The notes beneath the pieces were generated by a model. The model searched no databases. It was not told the DNA's origin and worked only from the letters and a program-made list of their open reading frames with translations. From Candidatus Omnitrophota bacterium (GTDB taxonomy: Bacteria; Omnitrophota; Gorgyraeia; 2-02-FULL-51-18): a DNA stretch of 64,000 bases. Of this stretch, positions 27,482-36,832 are shown piece by piece. Numbering within the stretch: the first letter of the stretch is position 1; the number at the start of each line of letters is the position of its first letter. Made by a program: the position numbers and the translations under genes. The DNA lies in the NCBI GenBank assembly GCA_945877765.1, contig CAMDWQ010000006.1, forward strand, positions 15,046 to 79,045, in the 5' to 3' direction.

Positions 27482-28561
27482 ATGGAAGCGCTCAAACACT
27501 TTATTGACTCCGTTTCGTCTCCCGTTACCATTTTTACATTAGCCACGGTTCTTTTCGTCCTGTTTGTCAGCTTTCCCCGCATTTCTACCTCAAAACCCGT
27601 AAGTCTGCTGCTTCTTGCTTTGTTCCTTGCTTTCTTTGGATTGGGGCTCACCGATGAGCATTTTCGCGGCATCGTAACCACCCCCGACAATGTGCCGATC
27701 GTCGGTCTTATCGTGGTGTTTGGCTATTTCACATGGTACGCCATGAGAAAAGCCGTGATCAATGACATGCGAATGGAAAAAGGGGAGCCCACGGTCGAAC
27801 AAACCGAGACCAACGAAAAAGTCCTCGTGTTTCCCTATCTTATTTTTATCGAATTTGTAGTGGCGCTGGCTTATGGAGCAGGGCTTGTTCTGTGGTCGAT
27901 TTTTCTAAAAGCGCCGTTGGAGGAACCTGCCAATCCCATGGTTTCGCCCAATCCCAGCAAAGCGCCCTGGTATTTCTTGGGCTTGCAGGAGATGCTAGTT
28001 TATTTTGACCCCTGGATTGCCGGCGTGCTCCTGCCGACATTTATCATCATCGGCCTCTGCGCAATTCCTTATATCGATAGAGACACTTCGGGTTCAGGTT
28101 TTTACTCGTTTAAAAACCGCCGCTGGGTCATCACGACTTATCTTTTTGGCTTCTGGATTCTATGGATTCTCTTGATCGTCATGGGCACTTTCCTGCGCGG
28201 GCCCAACTGGAACTTCTTTGGGCCTTTTGAAGTATGGGATGTTCATAAGGTGGTGCCCTTGTTAAACGTCAATCTTTCCGAACTCATCTGGATCAAGTGG
28301 CTTGGCATCGGTTTGCCGAAAATGTGGTTTGTCCGAGAATTACCGGGAATTCTTATAGTTCTAGGCTTTCTTTTTATCACGCCCGTGATTTTGGCGAAGA
28401 CTGTGCTGAAGTCAGCTTTTAAAAAATTGGATCCGATTCGTTTTGGCATCCTGGTCCTGTTGGCGCTCATGATGCTTTCGCTCCCCATTAAAATGTATCT
28501 ACGGTGGGGCTTTAATTTAAAATACATCGTCGCCATTCCTGAGTTTTTCTTTAATATTTAA
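27482..28561 (+). CDS. Cytochrome b C-terminal (subunit IV-like) protein with extra TM helices
   Basis: APL..PANP...PNP.KAPWYF (PEWY equivalent), PYID; multi-TM. Confidence 0.85.
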   Translation: MEALKHFIDSVSSPVTIFTLATVLFVLFVSFPRISTSKPVSLLLLALFLAFFGLGLTDEHFRGIVTTPDNVPIVGLIVVFGYFTWYAMRKAVINDMRMEKGEPTVEQTETNEKVLVFPYLIFIEFVVALAYGAGLVLWSIFLKAPLEEPANPMVSPNPSKAPWYFLGLQEMLVYFDPWIAGVLLPTFIIIGLCAIPYIDRDTSGSGFYSFKNRRWVITTYLFGFWILWILLIVMGTFLRGPNWNFFGPFEVWDVHKVVPLLNVNLSELIWIKWLGIGLPKMWFVRELPGILIVLGFLFITPVILAKTVLKSAFKKLDPIRFGILVLLALMMLSLPIKMYLRWGFNLKYIVAIPEFFFNI

Positions 28562-28562
28562 C

Positions 28563-31418
28563 ATGGCCAAACAATCCCCGACCCTCTACAGCGTTGCCAA
28601 GACATTTATTTGGTTTGCGGTGGTTAGCCTCGTTCTGACAGGCTGCCTGGTTGGCATCGTCATGACCGACTACAACCGCGAGTGGAAAAATTACCAGAAA
28701 AAATTTACTCAGCTCAAGATTGAAAAGGCCCGGGAAGAACTGAAGCTGGCAGCGCAGGGAATTGACAGCACCGAACTTGCCAGGTTTGAGACGGAGCTCA
28801 AAGCCGCTAAAATAGAGACCGCTTCTCGTCGGGCAGAGTCCGCCAGCCTGCAAAAAGAAAGCGCTGTCTTGGATACGAAAATTGCAAAAGCCAAAGCCAA
28901 GCACCAGGACCTTAAACAATTTTTAGATTCCGACCGCTATTACTTTGAAGAGTACCGCGAAAAAAAAGATACTCGCTCGGCGGATTACGAGAAAAAAGTA
29001 AATGGCTGGCTTCCGCGCGTGGCGGCGGCCAAATTGGATTTGGATGAGCTTCAAAAAGAAAAAGATGCCAAAGACGCCAAAATTGAAAGCTTTAGCGCCA
29101 AAGAAAAAGAAATTGAGCGCTCTATTGACAAATTGCTGGCGGATAAAACCCGCTTAGAAAAACGTATCAAAAATATTCAGCCAAGCCTAGCCAAAGATAT
29201 TTTGAACGCGCCTATGCTGGATTTCGTAGCGCCCACGATTAAAGTTCAGCAGATCGTTTTGGACAACCTTCAAGACGACTATCATTTTGCCAAGGTTCAA
29301 AAAGTCGACCGCTGCACCACTTGCCATCAAGGGATCGACCAAAAAGGCTTTGAAGACGCACCTCAGCCTTTCCGCACGCACTCCAAAATTGAACTTTATC
29401 TCGGATCCGCTTCTCCTCACCCGATGGAAACAATCGGCTGTACGGTTTGCCATAGCGGTAGCGGTCATTCGGTTGACTTTACCAATGCCGCACACACGCC
29501 ACGTGACGAAAATCAGGCGAAGGAGTGGAAGAAAAAATACAATTGGCACGAGCTTGAAAAATGGGAACATAAAATGCTTCCCGCGGGCACCACCCAGTCT
29601 TCCTGTGTTAAATGCCATAGCGGCGTAATAAAAGTGCCTCAGGCCGATCAATTAAATCGCGGCAGGAGGCTGGCCGAAACATTAGGCTGTTTCAATTGTC
29701 ATAAAATTAAAGGTTTTTCGACGGCGGGCGGCTCAGTTGCTGGGGGCGAAAATCTATGGAAGGTGGGGCCCGACCTTCAGTCTGTCGGCAGTAAGCTTTC
29801 AGAGGAATGGATCGCCAAATGGCTCGAGGACCCGGCAAACTTTAGACACTCCACCAAAATGCCCAAGGTTTTCAATCTTTCCAATACTTCTTCACCCGAG
29901 GATATGCAAAAGAATGCCGCGGCGATTCAGTCCATTGCTTCCTATCTCATTCATAATTCTGAGCCCGTCAATCTTTTGACGCCGCCCGTTCCAGGCAATG
30001 CGGCTAACGGCGAAAAACTGGTTAAGACGCTAGGCTGCCTTGGCTGCCACACGGGCGCAGGCAAGAATGCCGCTGATTTTGGGCCCGAGCTCACGGGGAT
30101 GGGAAGCAAAACCAGCGCAGCATGGATTTATACCTGGGTGAAAAACCCTAAACATATTTCTCCGGAGACCCGCATGCCGGACTTGCGCTTGTCCGACGAA
30201 GAAGCTTCGGATATCACGTCCTATTTAATAAGCTTACGCAATGAGCCGTTTGAAAACAAAACCGCGATGCCGGTAAAGCCGGAAGTTGTCGAGGAGATGA
30301 TCCTAACGAATCTTCAGGGAACCTTGAGTTCCGCCGAAGCGCGGGCAGAGCTTGAAAAAATGTCCGCTCGGGACAAGCTTCAGTATTTAGGCAAAAAATC
30401 GATTGTTCACCAAGGCTGCTTCACCTGCCACGCCATCAAGGGTTTTGAGGACGTAAAACCGATCGGCGCCGAACTTACCAATGAGGGCCAAAAAAATATT
30501 CACCAATTTGATTTTGGTTTTAGCGATATTCCTCGCACGCGGCATGACTTTATACGTCAAAAACTTAAAGATCCGCGCCTCTACGACCATGGCAAAGAAA
30601 AAGCTTATTACGATAAGCTTCGTATGCCGCAATTCCAATTGACGGATGAGGAGATTGACGCGCTCACCGTGTTTATCTTAAGCTTGACAGAAGAGCAGAT
30701 TCCTTTAGAAATGCAAAAAAGGCTAAACACCGCTGAGACAGAAATAGAGCACGGTCGGCTCCTTGTGAGTAAATTAAATTGTCATGGCTGTCACACGCTT
30801 GACGGCCAAACGGGCGTTATCCGTGAAATCACCGAAGACGCGGGCCAAATGCCGCCGATTCTTGAGGGGGAGGGTGGTAAAGTCCAGGAGAAGTGGCTAC
30901 GGCAATTTTTGGCGGATCCAAAACCAATACGGCCCTGGATTCAGTACCGCATGCCTACTTTCCATTTTTCGGGTGAGGAATTGACGGTGCTCAACAAATA
31001 CTTTAATCACTTATCTCACCAGGAGCTTTCGTACGAGGGCATCCAGATTCCCGAAACATCGGTAGAAAATCTAGCCGCAGGCAAACAGCTATTTGATACT
31101 TTTCAGTGTATCAAGTGCCATCAAATCAGCCAGGAAAGTGCCGCGATGGGCTCATCGTTTCTCGCTCCTGATCTGGCAATGACCAAGAGCCGTTTAAAAC
31201 CAGGCTGGGTCCATACTTGGCTGGAGGATCCCCAGCAGCTTGAACCTGGGACCATGATGCCCACTTACTTTAGTGACGGCCAGAGCCCTGTGGCTGATTT
31301 ACTAGAAGGGGATGCCAAAAAGCAGATTGATGCTATTCGCGCCTATCTGTATCGGTACGAACCCTCATCTACTCCCGCCGACTCCAAAATTACCCCAAAA
31401 GAAGCCAGCGAAAAATAA
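28563..31418 (+). CDS. Membrane-anchored octaheme c-type cytochrome with long coiled-coil stalk
   Basis: Eight CxxCH motifs: CTTCH, CTVCH, CVKCH, CFNCH, CLGCH, CFTCH, CHGCH, CIKCH; N-terminal TM then K/E/A-rich heptads. Confidence 0.93.
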   Translation: MAKQSPTLYSVAKTFIWFAVVSLVLTGCLVGIVMTDYNREWKNYQKKFTQLKIEKAREELKLAAQGIDSTELARFETELKAAKIETASRRAESASLQKESAVLDTKIAKAKAKHQDLKQFLDSDRYYFEEYREKKDTRSADYEKKVNGWLPRVAAAKLDLDELQKEKDAKDAKIESFSAKEKEIERSIDKLLADKTRLEKRIKNIQPSLAKDILNAPMLDFVAPTIKVQQIVLDNLQDDYHFAKVQKVDRCTTCHQGIDQKGFEDAPQPFRTHSKIELYLGSASPHPMETIGCTVCHSGSGHSVDFTNAAHTPRDENQAKEWKKKYNWHELEKWEHKMLPAGTTQSSCVKCHSGVIKVPQADQLNRGRRLAETLGCFNCHKIKGFSTAGGSVAGGENLWKVGPDLQSVGSKLSEEWIAKWLEDPANFRHSTKMPKVFNLSNTSSPEDMQKNAAAIQSIASYLIHNSEPVNLLTPPVPGNAANGEKLVKTLGCLGCHTGAGKNAADFGPELTGMGSKTSAAWIYTWVKNPKHISPETRMPDLRLSDEEASDITSYLISLRNEPFENKTAMPVKPEVVEEMILTNLQGTLSSAEARAELEKMSARDKLQYLGKKSIVHQGCFTCHAIKGFEDVKPIGAELTNEGQKNIHQFDFGFSDIPRTRHDFIRQKLKDPRLYDHGKEKAYYDKLRMPQFQLTDEEIDALTVFILSLTEEQIPLEMQKRLNTAETEIEHGRLLVSKLNCHGCHTLDGQTGVIREITEDAGQMPPILEGEGGKVQEKWLRQFLADPKPIRPWIQYRMPTFHFSGEELTVLNKYFNHLSHQELSYEGIQIPETSVENLAAGKQLFDTFQCIKCHQISQESAAMGSSFLAPDLAMTKSRLKPGWVHTWLEDPQQLEPGTMMPTYFSDGQSPVADLLEGDAKKQIDAIRAYLYRYEPSSTPADSKITPKEASEK

Positions 31419-31507
31419 AATTTTATTGCTAAAGAACCCCATTCGGCGCTAGAATGAGGTTGTCTTTTTAGCTCAATACACCCTCAATCCAATTATCGGG
31501 AGCAACA

Positions 31508-32212
31508 ATGAAGAATCGTTTTTTTCTGCCTTTTTTAACACTTTTAGCTGTTTTTTTAGCGTTCCAGTCGTCCGCAGATGCCTCCGTTGTGACCGTGAAA
31601 GCTGATTTTTCGGGTACGGCGCCGGCAGCGGACAAACTTAAATTGGACGCGGATCCAAAATGCAAGATGATGCACGCAGATGGGCTTATGTCAGACGAGG
31701 TTCTTGTCAACCCGAATGGCACCTTAAAGAATGTGTTTATTTATGTCAAGTCCGGCCTTGAGGGTAAAAAGTTTGACAGTCCCAAAACCCCCGTCATTTT
31801 TGATCAAATTGGCTGCCATTATACGCCGAAAGTTTTCGGCGTCATGGTGAATCAGCCCGTTGAGATCCGAAACAGCGATGACACGCTTCACAACGTCCAT
31901 GCGCTGCCCGCCAATAGCAGCCAATTTAATCTTGGCATGCCTATCAAGGGGATGAAGCTTACCAAAACCTTCGCCAAGCCTGAAGTCATGGTCAAAATTA
32001 AGTGCGAGGTTCATTCATGGATGAAAGCCTATGCCGGCGTTGTCAGCAATCCATTTTACGGGGTTACCTCGGACGAGGGAACCGTCATGTTAAAAGATCT
32101 TCCTCCTGGTGACTATGTGATTGAATCATGGCATGAAAAATACGGCACCCAGGAACAAAAGGTGACAGTGTCCGACAGCGACCAAGCGGTCGATTTTAAA
32201 TTTTCAGCCTAA
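31508..32212 (+). CDS. Secreted cupredoxin-like / carboxypeptidase-regulatory-like domain protein
   Basis: Signal peptide; DQ.GC.Y.P, N.D..LHNVH, KCEVHSWM, G.Y.....HE..G. Confidence 0.78.
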   Translation: MKNRFFLPFLTLLAVFLAFQSSADASVVTVKADFSGTAPAADKLKLDADPKCKMMHADGLMSDEVLVNPNGTLKNVFIYVKSGLEGKKFDSPKTPVIFDQIGCHYTPKVFGVMVNQPVEIRNSDDTLHNVHALPANSSQFNLGMPIKGMKLTKTFAKPEVMVKIKCEVHSWMKAYAGVVSNPFYGVTSDEGTVMLKDLPPGDYVIESWHEKYGTQEQKVTVSDSDQAVDFKFSA

Positions 32213-32265
32213 GGCTGATCCGCCTTGAGGCGGGAGCGCTGATTCTGAATTCCAAGTTTTAATCT

Positions 32266-32313
32266 ATCCGCCCATTCGAACGGAAAACCGCGCCGAATGG
32301 GCGGATTTATTTT
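32266..32313 (+). terminator. Terminator-like hairpin
   Basis: ATCCGCCCATTCG / CGAATGGGCGGAT 13 bp stem plus TTATTTT. Confidence 0.7.
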
Positions 32314-32323
32314 AAGGGGTTTT

Positions 32324-34057
32324 ATGTTTAACCAGAGGCTTCATTTTTTTTCTTGTTTTGTGGCGGCGTCGACACTCGTCTTAATCATCGCCGGGGGGCT
32401 TGTCACAAGCACCGGCTCAGGGCTTTCGGTGCCGGATTGGCCGCTTTCCTACGGCCAATTTTTTCCCCCCATGATCGGCGGGATCCGCTTTGAGCATACC
32501 CACCGAGTCATTGCTGCCACGGTTGGTATCTTGACGCTTATTTTGACCTGTTTTTTTCTTTACAGTGAAAAGAGGGTTTGGGTAAAGTCTTTGAGCGTTG
32601 TTGCTTTATTCATGGTTGTGGCCCAGGCCTTACTAGGAGCCGCAACGGTAATCTATCTATTGCCGGACCCGATTTCAGTTTCGCACGCCTGCCTGGGACA
32701 AACCTTCTTTGTGCTTCTGTGCTTGTTGGCGCTATTTACTTCGCGCCAGTGGCTCCAAAAACCAACTTTTGCCGTCAAGCGCGCCGGAACCATTCAACGC
32801 CTGTTCCTAACAACCACTTTTTTTATTTTTCTGCAGTTGATCTTTGGAGCGATGGTCCGTCACACGGAAGATCATCGCGGGCTCAACTATCATTTTGCCA
32901 CCGCTTTTTTAATCCTTGTGCACGTCATCTTCATCGTACCTAAAGTGACTAAAGAAAAAGAGGCACAAGTCGTTTTCTTAAAACCTCTTATGTTTTTGGC
33001 AACCCTCGTGGCATCCCAAATTTTTCTCGGCTTAGGTTCCTACATTTATAAAATTGTGATGGCTCCCGCCGCGATGCCCCGAACGGCCGAAGTGCTCATG
33101 ACGACCGCCCATCAAACCAATGGAGCCCTCATTTTGGCCGTCACGACAGTTCTGACCGTCAGCTCTTTTCGATATCTTACCAATTTAAAAAAGGATAAAA
33201 CTACGTCGCTAGTGGGGGACTACATCTCCCTGACAAAGCCCCGCCTGACTCTACTGGTATTAGCGAGCACTTCTTTAGGATTTTTGATGGCGGGGACAGG
33301 ATCATTGCCGACGGCGCTTCTTTTTCATACTCTTCTGGGTTGCGCGCTCATCGGCGGGGGAATTAACGCCCTCAATCAATACCTGGAGAGATTTATTGAT
33401 GCCAAGATGAAGCGCACCGCCAATCGCCCCATTCCCAGTGGCCGGCTAGAGGCTCAGCACGGACTTATTTTTGGCTGCATCCTCACCATCATCGGAGTTG
33501 TCTACTTATTTGCCCTTACCAACGCGCTGGCGGGCTTTTTAGGTGTCTTAACCGTCATAAGCTACGTCTTCTTGTACACGCCGCTGAAACAAAAAACTTC
33601 CTTGAACACTTTCGTTGGGGCCGTCGCCGGCGCTTTGCCTTGTATCATTGGGTGGGTGGCCAGGGAGAATGCGCTGCCTGTGGGCGCGTGGGTTATATTT
33701 CTAATCCTCTTTTTTTGGCAATTACCTCACTTTTTTGCGATTGCCTGGGTTTACAAGGAGGATTATGACGGCAGCGGGCTTAAAATGTTGACGCGGCAAG
33801 ATCCTGACGGCCGCGCCACAGGCCTTAAAATTATCCTCAGCTCAATTCTGCTTTTTCCGTTCACATTGCTTCCTGTTTGGGCGGGGATTGGCCAGCAACT
33901 CTATTCGGTGGCAGCCATTCTAGCGGGAACTTTTTTTATTTTTGCCGCCCTCTTGCTTTACAGGCGGCGCATGGTCCACGCCAAAAAGTTTGTCAGCCTG
34001 TCCATTTATTACCTTCTTATCCTGATTCTTGCCATGGTAGCCGATAAAATTTTATGA
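32324..34057 (+). CDS. Heme A synthase (CtaA/COX15) - heme O synthase (CtaB/CyoE) fusion
   Basis: GG.V...GSGL..PDWP, EHTHR and further conserved His; then LTKPR, N...E...DAKMKRT.NRP.PSG, YTPLK, WQLPHF. Confidence 0.92.
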   Translation: MFNQRLHFFSCFVAASTLVLIIAGGLVTSTGSGLSVPDWPLSYGQFFPPMIGGIRFEHTHRVIAATVGILTLILTCFFLYSEKRVWVKSLSVVALFMVVAQALLGAATVIYLLPDPISVSHACLGQTFFVLLCLLALFTSRQWLQKPTFAVKRAGTIQRLFLTTTFFIFLQLIFGAMVRHTEDHRGLNYHFATAFLILVHVIFIVPKVTKEKEAQVVFLKPLMFLATLVASQIFLGLGSYIYKIVMAPAAMPRTAEVLMTTAHQTNGALILAVTTVLTVSSFRYLTNLKKDKTTSLVGDYISLTKPRLTLLVLASTSLGFLMAGTGSLPTALLFHTLLGCALIGGGINALNQYLERFIDAKMKRTANRPIPSGRLEAQHGLIFGCILTIIGVVYLFALTNALAGFLGVLTVISYVFLYTPLKQKTSLNTFVGAVAGALPCIIGWVARENALPVGAWVIFLILFFWQLPHFFAIAWVYKEDYDGSGLKMLTRQDPDGRATGLKIILSSILLFPFTLLPVWAGIGQQLYSVAAILAGTFFIFAALLLYRRRMVHAKKFVSLSIYYLLILILAMVADKIL

Positions 34058-34665
34058 CTTTTGAAAAAATTTCTTTTAAAAAAAGGCACGTCTACTTTAT
34101 TATTTTTAATTTAATCGCTCTTCCGGCACTCTTTTTTTTAAGCAGGCAGGTTATTGCTTTGCGGGAAAAAACCCCCGAAAAACCGCTGACCGTTTACGGC
34201 ACTTTAAGGCCTTTCGAACTCACCAGTCATACCGGCAAGAGGTTCGGCCTTGAACACATGAAAAATAGAGTTTGGGTGGCCAACTTCATGTTCAGCCACT
34301 GCCCGAATGAATGCCCTGCGATGAATTTTAAAATCGGGCTCTTACAGGAGTCTCTTGGCAAAGAGGCTGGTTTTCTTTCTTTTAGCGTAGATCCGGAAAA
34401 AGATACGCCTGCTGTTTTACAGGATTATGCCAAACGATTTAATGCCAAGGAAGACGTCTGGTTTTTTCTCACGGGCCCCAAAACCGTCATCAGTCGGATT
34501 TTGGAGGATTGTCATTTTGCCGATGCGGAAGACCCGCTTTTGCACGGGCTTCGCCTTGTCCTTTTGGACGACAAAGGCCAGGTCCGCGGATATCATGATT
34601 ACTCCGACCCATTTTTAATAAAAAATTTAACCCACGCCATTCAGCTGCTTAAAGAAAAAGGATAA
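34054..34665 (+). CDS. SCO/SenC copper chaperone
   Basis: N-terminal TM, CPNECP (CxxxC), SVDP..DTP, conserved His. Confidence 0.92.
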   Translation: MTFEKISFKKRHVYFIIFNLIALPALFFLSRQVIALREKTPEKPLTVYGTLRPFELTSHTGKRFGLEHMKNRVWVANFMFSHCPNECPAMNFKIGLLQESLGKEAGFLSFSVDPEKDTPAVLQDYAKRFNAKEDVWFFLTGPKTVISRILEDCHFADAEDPLLHGLRLVLLDDKGQVRGYHDYSDPFLIKNLTHAIQLLKEKG

Positions 34666-34669
34666 ATCG

Positions 34670-35278
34670 ATGACTCAAGCTTCTGCAAAAAAAGAAAATA
34701 CGATTCTCTGGTGGATTGGCTGGATTGTGCTAACCATCGTCTCTTTTTTCATTGCCTGTTATTTTTGGACCGGCTTCATCGCAAAACACGTCGGCAATAT
34801 CAATCAGCCCGGAGTTTCGGTTCTGTGGGTGGCGGCTGTTTTTGGCTCCTGGATGGTTCTTTTGGTGCCGCTCATCATCGTCATGTACAACAAAGTAGAC
34901 CGCGCTTACGAAGATACAAGAATACAGCGCGAGTCCGACACGCTTAAGAAAAATCTAAAAGGGGCGCTCCTCCGCAGCGTTTTGGTGCCCGAAACCGACC
35001 GATTGCTTCCCAAAAAATTCTCAGATGAGCTGCGAAAAGTGCCGCGCTCCATTCACCGGGGCCATCTGGTAACCGTTATTTTAAAAAATGGTAAGAATTT
35101 TGAGCATGTTTTTGTTTTGGATCGCCGGGAAATTTTAGGGATTTATGATGCCCAAACGCTTCCTTTTAGGGTGGAAGATATCGCCGCCCTAAAGCCGGCC
35201 GATTTAAATCATTTACCGGTTTTTGAAACAAAAAAATGGCTGCGTTTGGACGGCGCGGGGAGCCCTTTGGCGGCATGA
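34670..35278 (+). CDS. Hypothetical membrane protein (2 TM plus soluble domain)
   Basis: In operon; two hydrophobic segments. Confidence 0.65.
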   Translation: MTQASAKKENTILWWIGWIVLTIVSFFIACYFWTGFIAKHVGNINQPGVSVLWVAAVFGSWMVLLVPLIIVMYNKVDRAYEDTRIQRESDTLKKNLKGALLRSVLVPETDRLLPKKFSDELRKVPRSIHRGHLVTVILKNGKNFEHVFVLDRREILGIYDAQTLPFRVEDIAALKPADLNHLPVFETKKWLRLDGAGSPLAA

Positions 35279-35457
35279 AACCAACTCTTTTCTGGCTGGG
35301 ACGCTCGTTCCAACTTTTATCGCTTCTGGTGCTGCCTTCGGCAATTTGGGCCGCCGAATTCTATCACAGCGAAGTGCTTTCGGTAGGTATTCTTGTAGCG
35401 GCGCTTTTAGCTTTTGCGGCGGGTTATTTCTTGACTCAAATGGCTGTCAAGTTATAA
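35275..35457 (+). CDS. Small hypothetical membrane protein
   Basis: ATGA overlap with the upstream stop; 60 aa, two hydrophobic segments. Confidence 0.6.
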   Translation: MKPTLFWLGRSFQLLSLLVLPSAIWAAEFYHSEVLSVGILVAALLAFAAGYFLTQMAVKL

Positions 35458-35461
35458 TTAA

Positions 35462-35845
35462 ATGATGCTTGAATCCTACTTCCAAAACGAAGAAACACTC
35501 CACAAAGCCCAAGAGCGCGCTGCCGAAAGAATCGCCAAACCACCCCGCAAAAAGGCGCCGCCAAAACTTGCCGTGATTAATCAAAACGGCTGCACCGGCT
35601 GTGAAGTTTGCATTGTTTTTTGTCCGGTGGATTGCATTGAGATTGTGCCCGGCATGCAGCATACCCAGCTTCAGCAAGTCGTCGAAGTGGACTTGGCGCG
35701 CTGCATTGGTTGTTCTCTTTGCGCCAAAAATTGCCCCTGGGACACGATCGACATGATCTCCCACGATGAGGCGGTCCGCAGCGCACCTTCCGTGACTCTG
35801 CAAAGCGTCTGCGGCCAAAAAACGATCAATGACGCTGCCGCTTAA
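35462..35845 (+). CDS. 2x[4Fe-4S] ferredoxin-like protein
   Basis: CTGCEVCIVFCP and CIGCSLCAKNCP. Confidence 0.92.
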   Translation: MMLESYFQNEETLHKAQERAAERIAKPPRKKAPPKLAVINQNGCTGCEVCIVFCPVDCIEIVPGMQHTQLQQVVEVDLARCIGCSLCAKNCPWDTIDMISHDEAVRSAPSVTLQSVCGQKTINDAAA

Positions 35846-35851
35846 AGCGCT

Positions 35852-36787
35852 TTAAATCTTCGATTCAATAAAATCCGCCACACTTTCCTGGATTTTTTTC
35901 CGATAAAGGAAATTAATTTCGGGGATGCCGGAAGGACTGGTTACGTTGATTTCAGTCAAATAGCGCCCCATCACATCCACCCCCGTAAAATACAGACCAT
36001 TTTCTTCGAGGAATGGGCTGATACGGCGGACAATCTTAAGATCATCAGCGCCCAAGGTAGTGCGGTGCATCGATCCCCCGACGCTTAAGTTGGAGCGAAA
36101 GTCGCCGCCGGATGGCTTTCTGGCAAAAACACCCAACACATTGCCATTTAAAATTAAGATTCGCCGATCGGCCATTCCCGGAGATTCAATAAAGCGCTGC
36201 ACCATAATGTTTTTTTTAGAAAATCCAGTAGCGATATCGAGAAGGGAGGAGAGGTTGGAGTCGCCAACGCCGGTTGCCAGAATTCCAGAGCCCGCTTTTT
36301 GATCTAATGGCTTGACGACAACACGTTTCTTAAGTTTCTGGATGAAATTTTTAGCTTCCGCGGCGTTTTGCGTCACCAACGTTTCGGGAATCAGTTCGTC
36401 AAAATTCAGAATGGCCAGCTTCTCGTTGACAAGCATGATGCCGCGTGGCTGGTTCAGCAGAAAAACCCGACCTCTCAAAAGATCCAGGATTTGCATGGCA
36501 TACAGATAGCCGCTGTCAAATGGGGGCTCCTTGCGAATAAAAATGGCATCAAAATTGGTCAAAGCCACCGCTGCCTTGGAGAGGGGGGAAGCCAAGAAAC
36601 CTTTGCGAGAGTCCAGCCGAGAAGTGTACAGGTAAGCCTTAGGAGACCCTTTTTCAGCCACCAGGTGCTGGCTTTCAAAGTGGCTAACCGCATGCCCGCG
36701 CCTTAACAGCTCGTGCATGATCCAAAAAGAGCTGTCTTCGTCAACTTTTACGCCCACCGTGGGGTAGAGTAGAAAAGCGATTCTCAT
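35852..36787 (-). CDS. gshB: Glutathione synthetase
   Basis: DSS, RKEPPFD..Y, NEK, KPLD...G, D.R, FRSNL..GG, EINVTSPSG; AAGGGGTG SD before ATG 36787. Confidence 0.92.
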   Translation of the reverse strand: MRIAFLLYPTVGVKVDEDSSFWIMHELLRRGHAVSHFESQHLVAEKGSPKAYLYTSRLDSRKGFLASPLSKAAVALTNFDAIFIRKEPPFDSGYLYAMQILDLLRGRVFLLNQPRGIMLVNEKLAILNFDELIPETLVTQNAAEAKNFIQKLKKRVVVKPLDQKAGSGILATGVGDSNLSSLLDIATGFSKKNIMVQRFIESPGMADRRILILNGNVLGVFARKPSGGDFRSNLSVGGSMHRTTLGADDLKIVRRISPFLEENGLYFTGVDVMGRYLTEINVTSPSGIPEINFLYRKKIQESVADFIESKI

Positions 36788-36832
36788 AATTCGTTTGCAC
36801 CCCTTTGAAATATTACTTATTATAACATAGCG

